From the NCBI GenBank assembly GCA_030390025.1, contig CM059431.1, positions 142,168,001-142,232,000 of the forward strand: 64,000 nt of DNA, given 5' to 3'. A model generated the notes under the pieces. It was not told where the DNA came from, did no database searches, and worked only from the letters and a program-made list of their open reading frames with translations. This document shows positions 36,501 through 47,465 of this stretch, in pieces. The translations under genes were made by a program, and so were the position numbers. Within the stretch, counting starts at the first letter, position 1, and each line of letters begins with the position of its first letter. Source of the stretch: Squalus acanthias (lineage: Eukaryota).

Positions 36501-39500
36501 CAATCTGTAAATCTCACTCACATTCCCTCAATCTGTAAATCTCACTCCCTTTCCCTCAATCTGCAAAACTCACTCCCATTCCCTCAATCTCTAATTCTCA
36601 CTCCCATTCCCTCAATCTGTAAATCTCACACCCATTCTCATACTCTATAAACCTCACTCCCATCCCCTCACTCTGTAAATCTAACTCCCATTCCCTCAAT
36701 CTCTAATTCTCACTCCCATTCCCTAATTCTGTAAATCTAACTCCCATTCCATCAATCTCTAATTCTCACTCCAATGTCCTCACTCTGTAAATCTCACACG
36801 CATTCTCTTACTCTGTAAACCTCACTCCCATCCCCTCACTCTGTAAATCTCACTCCCACTCCCTTCTCTGTAATTCTCACTCCCACTCCCTCACTCTGTA
36901 AATCTCACTCCCATTCCCTCACTCTTTAAATCTCACTCCCACTCCCTCACTCTGTAAATCTCACTCCCATTCCCTCACTCTCTAAATCTCACTCCCATTC
37001 CCTCACTCAGTAAAACTCACTCCCACTCCCTCACTCTTTAATTCTCAATCCCATTCCCTCAATCCGTAATTTTCACTCCCATGCCCTTACTCTGTAAATC
37101 TCACTCACATTCCCTCAATCATAAATCTCACTCCCTTTCCCTCAATCTGCAACACTCACTCCCATTCACTCAAGCTCTAATTCTCTCTCCCATCCCCTCA
37201 CTCTGTAAATCTAACTCCCGTTCCCTCAATCTCTAATTCTCACTCCCATGTCCTCACTCTGTAAATCTCACACACATTCCCTTCCTCTGTAAACCTCACT
37301 CCCATTCCCTTACTCTGTAAACCTCACTCCCATGTCCTCACACTGTAAATCTCACAACCATACCCTTACACTGTAAACTTCACACCCTTTCCCTTACTAT
37401 GTAAACCTCACTCCCATTCCCTCACTCTGTAAATCTCACTCCCACTCCCTCACTCTTTAAATCTTACTCCCATTCCCTCACTCTGTAAATCTCACTCCCA
37501 CTCCCTCACTCTGTAAACATCACTCCCATTCCCTCACTCTGTAAATCTCACTCCCACTCCCTCACTCTGTAAATCTCACTCCCATCCCTCACTCTTCAAA
37601 TCTCACTCCCATTCCCTCACTCTGTAAATCTCACTCCCATTCCCTCACTCTGTAAACCTCACTCCTATTCCCTCACTCTGTAAATCTCACTCCCATTTCC
37701 TCACTAAATAAATCTCACTACCACTCCCTCACTCTGTAAATCTCACTCCCATTCCCTCACTCTTTAAATCTCTCTCCCATTCCCTCACTCAGTAAAACTC
37801 ATTCCCATTCCCTCACTCTGCAAATCTCACTCCCATGCCCTCACACTGTAATTCACACTCCCACTCCCTCACTCTTTAAATCTCACTCCCACTCACTTAC
37901 TCTGTAAATCTCACTCCCACTCCCTCTATCTGTAAACCTCACTCCCATTCCCTCACTCTATAAATCTCACTCCCATTCCCTCACTCTGTAATTCTCACCA
38001 ACCATTCCCTCAATCCGTAATTCTCACTCCCATGCCGTTACTCTGTAAATCTCACTCCCATTCCCTCAATCTGTAAATCTCACTCACATTCCCTCAATCT
38101 GTAAATCTCACTCCCTTTCTCTCAATCTGCAACACTCACTCCCATTCCCTCAATCTCTAATTCTCACTGCCATTCTCTCAATCTGTAAATCTCACACCCA
38201 TTCTCATACTCTATAAACCTCACTCCCATCCCCTCACTCTGTAAATCTAACTCCCATTCCCTCAATCTCTAATTCTCACTCCCATTCCCTAATTCTGTAA
38301 ATCTAACTCCCATTCCCTCAATCTCTAATTCTCACTCCAATGTCCTCACTCTGTAAATCTCACACCCATTCTCTTACTCTGTAAACCTCACTCCCATTCC
38401 CTCACTCTGTAAATCTCACTCCCACCCCCTCACGCTGTAAATCTCACTCCCATTCCCTCAATCTCTAATTCTCACTCCCATTACCTCACTCTTTAAATCT
38501 CACTCCCATTCCCTCACTCTGTAAATCTCACTCCCATTCCCTCACTTTGTAAATCTCACTGCCATTCCCTCACTCTGTAAATCTCACTCCCACTCCCTCA
38601 CTCTGTACACCTCACTCCTATTCCCTCACTCTGTAAATCTCACTCCCATTTCCTCACTAAATAAATCTCACTACCACTCCCTCACTCTGTAAATCTCACT
38701 CCCATTCCCTCACTCTTTAAATCTCTCTCCCATTCCCTCACTCAGTAAAACTCACTCCAATTCCCTCACTTTGTAAATCTCACTGCCATTCCCTGACTCT
38801 GTAAATCTCACTCCCAGTCCCTCAGTTTTTAAATCTCCCTCCCAATCCCTCACTCTGTAAATCTCACTCCCATTCCCTCACTCGGTAAATCTCACTCTCA
38901 TTCCCTCACTCTGTAATTCTCACTCCCATTCCCTCACTCTGTAAATCTCACTCCCACACCCTCACTCTGTAAATCTCACTCCCTTTCGCTCCATCTGCAA
39001 TTCTCACTCCCACTCCCTCAATCTGTAATTCTCACTCCCATGCCCTTACTCTGAAAATCTCACTCCCGTTCCCTCACTCTGTAAATCTCACTCACATTCC
39101 CTCAATCTATAAATCTCACACCCATTCTCTTATTCTGTAAACCTCACTCCCATCCCCTCACTCTGTAAATCTAACTCCCATTCCCTCAATCTCTAATTCT
39201 CACTCCAATGCCCTCACTCTGCAAATCTCACACCCATTCCCTTACACTGTAAACTTCACACCCATTCCCTTGCTCTGTAAATCTTACTCCCACTCCCTCA
39301 GTCTGTAAATCTCACTCCCACTCCCTCACTCTGTAAATCTCACTCCCACTCCCTCACTCTGCAAATCTCACTCACATTTCCTCACTCTGTAAATCCCACT
39401 CACATTCCCTCACTCTGCAAATCTCACTCCCACTCCCTCACTCTGCAAATCTCACTCACATTTCCTCACTCTTTAAATCTCACTCCCATGCCCTCACTCT

Positions 39501-39890
39501 TTGAATCTCACTCCCACTCACTTACTCTATAACCTCACTCTCATCCCCTCACTCTGTAAATCTAACTCCCATTCCCTCAATCTCTAATTCTCACTCCAAT
39601 GCCCTCACTCTGTAAATCTCACACCCATTCTCTTACTCTGTAAATCTCACTCCCATCCCCTCACTCTTTAAAGCTCACACCCATTGCCTTACTCTGTAAA
39701 TCTCACTCCCATTCCCTCACTCTGTAAACTTCACACCTATTCCCTCACTCTGTAAATCTCACTCCCACCCCCTCACGCTGTAAATCTCACTCCCATTCCC
39801 TCAATCTCTAATTCTCACTCCCATTACCTCACTCTTTAAATCTCACTCCCATTCCCTCACTCTGTAAATCTCACTCCCATTCCCTCACTT
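30575..39890. repeat. 28-bp satellite (CTCACTCCCATTCCCTCACTCTGTAAAT), ~9.3 kb, ~330 units, running into an assembly gap
   Basis: Direct reading; strong C/T skew on the plus strand; recurring variant blocks. Confidence 0.97.
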
Positions 39891-40090
39891 NNNNNNNNNN
39901 NNNNNNNNNNNNNNNNNNNNNNNNNNNNNNNNNNNNNNNNNNNNNNNNNNNNNNNNNNNNNNNNNNNNNNNNNNNNNNNNNNNNNNNNNNNNNNNNNNNN
40001 NNNNNNNNNNNNNNNNNNNNNNNNNNNNNNNNNNNNNNNNNNNNNNNNNNNNNNNNNNNNNNNNNNNNNNNNNNNNNNNNNNNNNNNNNN
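39891..40090. other. Assembly gap (200 N)
   Basis: N run. Confidence 1.
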
Positions 40091-40205
40091 CACATTCTCT
40101 CTCTGACATTCTCTCTCTCACACTCTCTCTCTCTCTATCTCTCTCTCTCACACACTCTCTCTCTCTCTCTCACACTCACACTCCCTCCCTCCCTCTCTCT
40201 CACAT

Positions 40206-40243
<38 letters not shown>

Positions 40244-40270
40244 TCACTCTCTCTCTCTCTCTTTCTCTGC
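40091..40270. repeat. (CT)n/(CA)n compound microsatellite
   Basis: Direct reading. Confidence 0.92.
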
Positions 40271-40319
40271 AGTGATTCTCTCTGATCTGCTGACTATTTG
40301 CAGCATTTTCTGTTTTCAG

Positions 40320-40780
40320 TCACAATCGACGTGGGCGGGGCTTTGACGTCACCCAAAACAATGCTCAGCACGTGCGGTGGCGGTTTAACCGCCGCTTCGG
40401 TTCAAATCACAGTGGGCGGTGCTCTATGGAGCTGCGGAGTCCTAATGGTCGGCAGCCATGTCAATCTAGTGTGTACAGCCAATAGAAGGGGCGTGCTCAG
40501 TGAGGGTCATTAATTTATGCAGCGAACGCGCTCTCCAGCCGTACTGCGCATGCTCGCTTCTGCCCCCCCCCCCCCCCCGATGACGCGCATGATGCTGTAA
40601 AATTCGATGGAAGAGAAAATAAAATCTCCGAGTGACGGATGATCGCTGGAGCGGGGTTGTGGAGATCAGCGGGACTCAGTGGGCAGCTGTCTGTGTCACA
40701 CCTGATGTGGAGAGTTGATCCTAACACTCGGGAAATGCTCGATCCCAGAGCTAACAGCTGTTGTACCGGTGGGGGAGGAA
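40320..40780. promoter_or_regulatory. CpG-rich promoter-like region upstream of the NLR
   Basis: GC box GGGCGGGG 40333-40340, CRE TGACGTCA 40344-40351, E-box CACGTG 40369-40374, CCAAT 40479-40483, NRF1-like TGCGCATG 40545-40552; no TATA box seen. Confidence 0.65.
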
Positions 40781-40899
40781 GGACTTGAAATCATGTTTAA
40801 CTAGGCAACGCTCTCCTTCTCAGTTTAATATTTCCATCTAACCCTCCTATTAATATATTTATTACAGAGCATCAGAATCTGGGAACTCCTGTCACCGCC

Positions 40900-40957
40900 A
40901 TAGCTGAAGGTCCAAACAGGGGAGAAGATCCAACATCTTCAACAAGAATGGACACAG
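40900..40957 (+). CDS. NLR first coding exon (ATA-AEGPNRGEDPTSSTR-MDT); exon begins 40868, first ATG at 40948
   Basis: ttacag acceptor 40866-40867, donor gtaggt at 40958; G|AT joins the next exon as Asp. Confidence 0.7.
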
Positions 40958-41099
40958 GTAGGTTCACAAAATACTTTAAAATATAATTTCTGTTCTGACA
41001 AAGGGTCCAGATCTCCTGCAAGATCCTGCAGCTCCCACAGGAAGAGGGAACAGGACAGGGGCTGATTAGAAAGAGGGAAGTGAGTGACCATCTAGAGAG

Positions 41100-42595
41100 G
41101 CATCACAGTCACAGGTGGAGGGAGCCCCCGAGTACTGGAACTGTCCAATAGATCCCTGGTATTGGGGACTGTAAGGTGGATGGAGACAGTGACTCAGAGG
41201 AGGGTCTTCCTGAGCAACAGTGTGACTCCAGGGAGCCACCCCGAGTGGGGCTGAGGTGAGAGGCAGGTGGGGCAGAGGAAGAGCAGAACGATAGTGGTGG
41301 GAGATATTATAGTCAGCGTAATGGACAGAGTCGCCTGCAGCCGTGAGCGAAGAGGATGTGAAGAGGCTTCAATGGGATCTCGACAGGCTCAGTGAGTGGG
41401 CGAGAACATGGCAGATGGAATATAATGGGGATAAATGTGAAGTTATCCACTTTGGTAGATAAAACCGAAAGGCAGAGTATTTCCTCAATGGTGAAAGATT
41501 GGGGAATGCAGATGCTCAAAGGGACCTGGGTGTCCTTGTACATGAGTCACTGAAAGTGAATGTGCAGGTGCAGCAAGCTATTAGGAAGGCAAATGGTGTG
41601 CTGGCCTTCATTACAAGAGGATTTGAGTGCAGGAGTAAAGAAGTCTTACTCCAATTATATAGGGCCTTGGTGAGACCACACCTGGAGTACTGTGTACAAT
41701 TTTGGTCTCCTTACCTAAGGAAGGATATACTTGCCATAGAGGGACTGCAATGAAGGTTCACGAGATTGATTCCTGGGATTGCGGGACTGTTGTATGAGAA
41801 GAGATTGAGTAAACTAGGCCTGTATTCTCTTGAATTCAGAAGAATGAGAGGGGATCTCATTGAAGCATACAAAATTATTACAGGGGCTTGATAGGGTGGA
41901 TGCTGGGAGAATGTTTCCCTTGGCTGGGGAGTCTAGAACCAGGGGCCACAGCCTCAAGATAAAGGGTAGGCCATTCAGGACTGAGATGAGAAGACATTTC
42001 TTCACAAGGAGGGTGGTGAATCTTTGGAATTCTCTACCCCAGATGGCTGTGGAGGCTCAGTCATTGGGTATGTTCAAAACAGAAGTCGATAGATTTCTGA
42101 CTAGTAGGGGCATCAAGGGATATGGCGATAGGGCCGGTGAATGGAATTGAGGTAGAAGATCAGCCATGATCTCACTGAATGGCGGAGCAGGCTTGAAGGG
42201 CTGAATGGCCTACTCCTGCTCCTATTTCTTATGTTCCTATGAGCAGGTCCCGAATGGTAAGATGCCTCCCTGGTGCCAGAGAGAAGAACATCCAGGAACA
42301 GTGGCACCATCTATGGGAAGGAAAGGAGAGCAGAAAATAGCCATGGTCGGTACCAGCAACACCGATTGAAACACGTTTACAGAAGGAATATTAAGACTAA
42401 GGCTCCAAACCAAAAAACAATGCCTCAAGGTGGTGATCTCCGGATTGTTTTGCACTGAGCCACTTTTGGAGGGAATTATGAGGCAGGTCAATGTGCGGCT
42501 GCAGGGCTGGAGCAGGAGGGAAGGGTTCACGTTCTTGGGGCAGTTGGTTTGAGTTCAGGGGGAAGGGACGGCCGTGATCTGTACCGACCAACAAC
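41100..42595 (+). mobile_element. Decayed CR1 ORF1 (SGNH esterase-like) remnant, split by a younger CR1 insertion
   Basis: RTIVVGDIIV (GDS-like) at ~41285-41315 resumes as SRMVRCLPGAR at ~42248. Confidence 0.55.
41349..42240 (+). mobile_element. CR1 LINE 3' fragment
   Basis: QRDLGVLVH...LYRALVRPHLEYCVQFWSP...VVNLWNSLP; TTCTTATGTTCCTAT tail. Confidence 0.93.
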
Positions 42596-43029
42596 AATGG
42601 TTTTACACAAAAGGTGAATGGAGCAGTGGACGTGTATCAGCGGTTATGAATGGAGGGTGAGAAATATCCGGTTCTGAGATGAGAGAGCGTGCTTAAACAG
42701 GTTTATGAAAAAGTGAAACGTTATTAGCAGAAAAAAATAAAGCGGTATTGCAGTAGTGAGAGCTGGTCACTTGGTTTAAGATAAAAACAAAAACGGTTCC
42801 ATGTTCCAAGAAATTGGATTTGGCATCGAGTGTTATGTAAGTAGCACAATTACCAGAGGGAACATCAGGAAACATGTAAACTGGAATGCACTGCCTGAAA
42901 GTGGTGGAAGCAGATTCAATAATAACTTTCAAAAGGTAATTGGGTAAATACTTAAGGGAAAAAAATACAGGGCTATGGGGAAAGAGCTGGGGAGTGGGGT
43001 TAATTAAAGGGTTCTATGACCATGCTAGA

Positions 43030-43215
43030 ACAACAATAAACCTGCATTTATATAGTGCCTTTAACGTAGTAAAACATCCCAAGGTGCTTCACAGGACCGT
43101 TCTCAAACAAAATTTGACACAAAGTCGCATAAGGCGATATTAGGACAGGTGACAAAAAGCTTGGTCAAAGAGGTAGGTTTTAAGGCGTGTCTTAAAGGAG
43201 GAGAGAGGCGGAGCG
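43030..43215 (-). mobile_element. L2-type 3' tail fragment
   Basis: Matches 9230-9400. Confidence 0.65.
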
Positions 43216-43724
43216 GTTCAGAACATAATGATATAGGGAGCTATGTTAAGATCGGATCCATTTGTACACACGTCAGCAATAGGAAGGGAAATAGCGCAAT
43301 TCTTGGTGGGTTTTGCAGGCCAGCAAGCAGTGGAGGTGAGGTAGAGGGGGTACTGGAGAAACTAGTTTTGGAGGATGACGTTTTGGGAGATGCAAACTAT
43401 TTAATTTCTAAAAATGATGGTGGAAGTGAAAATGTTGGTGTATTGGAGGAGGATGTGCGACCATATTTAGAGATAACTGTAGAGAAGGATTTGGATCTTT
43501 GTTCAATAGCCTAGGTGGATAAGTCAGTGAGCCCAGAGATAATGCACTCCAGCCTATTAAAGGAAGTCAGAGAGGAGATAGGAGGGACTCTGAACATAAT
43601 TTTTCAATCCTCGTTTTGGTATCAAAATACACAGTTGGCCTGAAGGAGCCCAAACAATGTCTCTGTTAAAATAGGGAGCGAGGATCAACAGGGGATGCTG
43701 AGGGGAGGCTGGAACGGATTATCT

Positions 43725-44900
43725 GTAGACATAGATACATACATAGATACATAGAAGATAGGAGCAGGAGTAGGCCATCCGGCCGTTCGAGCCTGCTCCG
43801 CCATTTAATGAGATCATGGCTGATCCTCCAATTCAGTATCCCTTCCCCGCCTTCTCTCCGTAACCCTTAACCTTTTTGCCTGTAGAAATATATCTAATTC
43901 CCTCTTAAATATATTTAATGAGCTGGCGTACACTGCCCTCTGTGGCAATGAGTTCCACAGGTTCACCACCCTCTGAGTGAAGAAATTCCCCCTCATTTCT
44001 GTCCTAAATGGTTTAGCCCTTATCCTTAAATTATGTCCTCTAGTTCTGTTCTCACCCGCCAAGGGAAACATTCCTTCTGCATCTGGTCTGTCTAGACCTG
44101 TCAGAATTTTATACACTTCTATGAGGTCCCCTCTCAATCTTCTAAACTCCAGTGTGTACATCCCTAAACTACATAGTCTCTCCTCATAGGTCAATCCCGC
44201 CATTCCTGGTATCAGCCTGGTGAATCGCCGCTGCACCCCCTCCATGGCAAGAACATCTTTCCTCAGATGAGGCGACCAAAACTGTACACAGTACTCGAGG
44301 TGTGGTCTCACCAGTGCCCTGTACAGCTGCAGCAAGGTATCCCTGTTCCTGTATTCCAACCCTTTTGCTATGAAGGCCAGCATACCGTTTGCCTTCTTGA
44401 CCGCCTGTTGCACCTGCATGCTCGCCTTCAGTGACTGGTGTACAAGAACACCCAGGTCTCTCTGTACTTCCCCCTCTCCCAATTTATTGCCATTTAAATA
44501 ATAATTTGCCCTCCCGTTCCTGCACCCAAGGTGGATAACTTCGCACTTGTCCACATTATAGTGCATCTGCCATTTATCCGCCCAATCACCCAGTCTGTCC
44601 AAATCGCTCTGGAGCTTCCTGGTCTCCTCCTCTGAGCCCACCCCCCCTCCTAGTTTAGTGTCGTCTGCAAATTTGGAAATGCTGCATCCGACTCCCTGAT
44701 CCAGGTCATTAATGTAAATTGTGAGCAGCTGGGGACCCAGGACAGATCCCTGTGGTACCCCACTTGTTACTGCCTGCCATTCAGAAAATGAGCCGTTTAT
44801 TCCAACTCTCTGTTTTCTACCTGACAGCCAGTTCTCTATCCACGTCAATACTTTCCCCTTTATCCCATGAGCTTCAATTTTCCATGCTAATCTTTTATGT
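43725..44900 (-). mobile_element. CR1 LINE 3' fragment with 344-aa open RT C-terminal ORF
   Basis: ORF 43814..44848: [16 protein letters not shown]; tail atagatacat repeats at 43730-43755. Confidence 0.95.
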
Positions 44901-45097
44901 ATTTGACAAATTTGATACAGCTTTGTTGAGACGTGACAATATAGTTGGATGAAATTTCACGTTTGCGGTGTATATGGGTTTTCAGGTGTCAGACAATGTG
45001 GTTCACAGGAGGCTTCAGCTGTTTGGTGTTAGAGGAAATAATGTAGCCCGGATAGACAGTGGATAATGTGTTTAGTTTTGTCCATTTGTGTTCACAG

Positions 45098-45264
45098 ATC
45101 CGAACTCTACAATCACTGAGTTCTTGACAGAGTGTGACGATTACCAGCTGTTCCAGTTGACTAAATTCCACCGGGACAGACTGGAACAGGCGATTGAAGG
45201 AGGGGTGGACGGAGTCAGCTCGTTGTTAACATACGAGAGGCATTTCAGTGGACAAGAACATCGG
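45098..45264 (+). CDS. NLR exon 2 (DPNSTITEFLTECDDYQLFQLTKFHRDRLEQAIEGGVDGVSSLLTYERHFSGQEHR)
   Basis: ttcacag acceptor, gtaagt donor; phase 1->0; first half of a CARD-like fold. Confidence 0.85.
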
Positions 45265-45419
45265 GTAAGTGGAAGGGACACAGAAGGAGTTTGGATTATT
45301 TAAACATCACAGAACTGACAGGATATCAGATCTTAGAATCACAATGTTACAGAAGAGAAACAGGCCAAATAGGAAAGAAATGGATAAAACTGAGAATATT
45401 GTGAATCTGGCACAACGGC

Positions 45420-45665
45420 CTCACCCCTCCCTTTCTCTGTAACCTCCTGTAGCCCTACAACAGTCCCACAACTCTAGAATGCTCTCTTCTTCTGACTCTG
45501 GCCTCTTGTGCACGCCCTCACCCTACTAGTGGTGACGGAGCATTTAGTTGCCTAAGGCCCCACGCTCTGGAATTCATTTGCTCGACCCATCCTTCTCTTC
45601 ATCTCCTCCTTAAAAACTTAGCATATTCATCTAGCTGTTGCTCACCCCACTAATCTCTACTCCTG
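45420..45665 (+). mobile_element. L2-type 3' fragment
   Basis: Similar to 21595-21850. Confidence 0.6.
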
Positions 45666-46021
45666 TCTCTTTTTCAATTCATTCCTGGGACATGGGCGCG
45701 CTGGCAAGGCCAACATCTATTGTCCATCCCTATTTGCCTTTGGGAAGGTGATGCTGAACTTCCTCTGAACTGCTGCATTCTGTGTGGTAAAGGTAATCCC
45801 ACAGTGCTGTTAGGTAGGCAGTTCCAGGATTTTGACCCAGCGATGATGAAGGAACGGTGATATATGTCGAAGTCAGGATCGTGTGTGACTTGGACGGGAA
45901 TTTGGAGGTGGTGATGTTCCCATATGCCTGCTAAAATTGTTCTCCTAGGTGGTGGTGGTCGTGAGTTTGGGAGATGCTGTCGAAGAATCCTTGGCGAACT
46001 GCTGCAGTGCATTCTGTAGAT

Positions 46022-46170
46022 CAGGGGTTCTCGATCTTTTTTGCTTCCGAAGCCCCCCTCCCATTTTATAAAAATTCCACAGGCCCCCTGTAACACAAGT
46101 GTTTTTCTGGATAAAATGAGTTATTAATAGCTCTATTACACCTTGCGTAAAGAAGGATTATTAACTCCTA
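46022..46170 (+). mobile_element. hAT/Charlie-like transposon terminus inserted in the LINE
   Basis: Starts CAGGGGTTCTCGATCTTTTTT exactly where LINE similarity breaks; the other terminus was not found. Confidence 0.45.
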
Positions 46171-47309
46171 AATTTACATAAGCAAAATACTGCGGATGCT
46201 GGAACTACTCAGCAGGTCCGGACGCATCAGTGGAGAGAGAAACAGAATTAACGTTTCAGATCTGACGAACGGTCTTTGACCTGAAACATTAACTCTTATT
46301 TCGATACCAAACTTCAACATGGCGATGAAAGGCAGCGACTTGAAATAACAGCACCATTAATGGCAGAGGCGGATGGCACATGAGAGAAATGGAGAAATAA
46401 ACAGGGCCCTGAGCGACTTTACCCACCCGACCTCATCGTCATTAATCCTTTAGTGACAAAGCCAGCCCCCCCTCTTTCCTCCTCCCCAAACCTTTCACAA
46501 GTAGCCAGCAGTATCTCAAAGGACATGAGTGCCCAGGCTAAGCCTATCTTTGAGTCAGAGAAGCACATGGCCATGATTATAACGCTCCGAGTCTGATGTA
46601 CGAGGAAAATGGTGATAACGTCGTCAGCTGTTTTATTAACTCAGACTGAAGACATTGAAAGAGAGTCACTCAGAGCCCCTATTATTACGGCCTTGCCGCA
46701 GGCCCAAAGACTGGAAACTCTTTCTTCACCCTTCCAGGCAAGTGGAGAGTATTCCATTACACGCCTGAGCTGTGCCTTATACGTGTTGGAGAGGCTTTGG
46801 GGAGTCGGGAGGTGAGCCACTCCCCACAGAATACCCAGCTTCTGACCTGCTCTAGTAGCCACGGCATTTATGTGGCTGGTCCAGTTAAGTTTCTGATCAA
46901 TTGTAACCCCAGGATGTTGATGGTGGGGTGGGGGGGATCAGTGATGGTAGGGCCATTGATTTACAAAGGGAGGTGCTGAGACTCGTGTTGGAGAAAGCCA
47001 TTGCCTGCCACTTGTTTGGCACGAATGTTACTTGCCACCTGTCAGACCTAGCCTGGATGTTGTCCAGGTCTTTCTGCAGGCAGGCATTGACTGCTTCATT
47101 ATCTGAAGATTTGTGAATGGAGCCGAACTGTACAATCATCAGGGAACAGCCGCTTTTCTGACCTGACGGTGGAGGGCAGGTCATTGATGAAGCAGCTGAA
47201 GATAGTTGGGCCCAAGACACTGACCTGAGGAACTCCTGCAGTGATGTCCTGGGGCTGCGATGATTGGCCTCCAATGGCCACAACCATCTTCCTTTGTACT
47301 GGTTATTAC

Positions 47310-47465
47310 CAGTGCTCCCTGTTAGGCGCGCGGCTGAGCAGTGCTCCAGGGAACCTGGGCAGCCGGCATTTCAGTGTAAAAACCGCGCATGCCCGGTATT
47401 TTGAATGGCCGGCGCAGCCCCTTAAAGGGGCCGTGCAGGGCCAAAAAAAATTACAGGGAACATAG
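47310..47465. mobile_element. 156-bp hAT-like MITE nested in the LINE
   Basis: TIRs CAGTGCTCCCTGT / ACAGGGAACATAG; degenerate 8-bp TSD GTTATTAC/GGTATGAC; empty site visible in the paralogous LINE at ~2540. Confidence 0.75.

Noticed and set aside
39857..40151. ORFs spanning the N run
   Set aside because: Artefacts of the assembly gap
40300..40325. ISRE-like GAAAACAGAAA on the minus strand next to the promoter
   Set aside because: Spacing is non-canonical and the segment resembles a dispersed repeat (related to 46180-46215)
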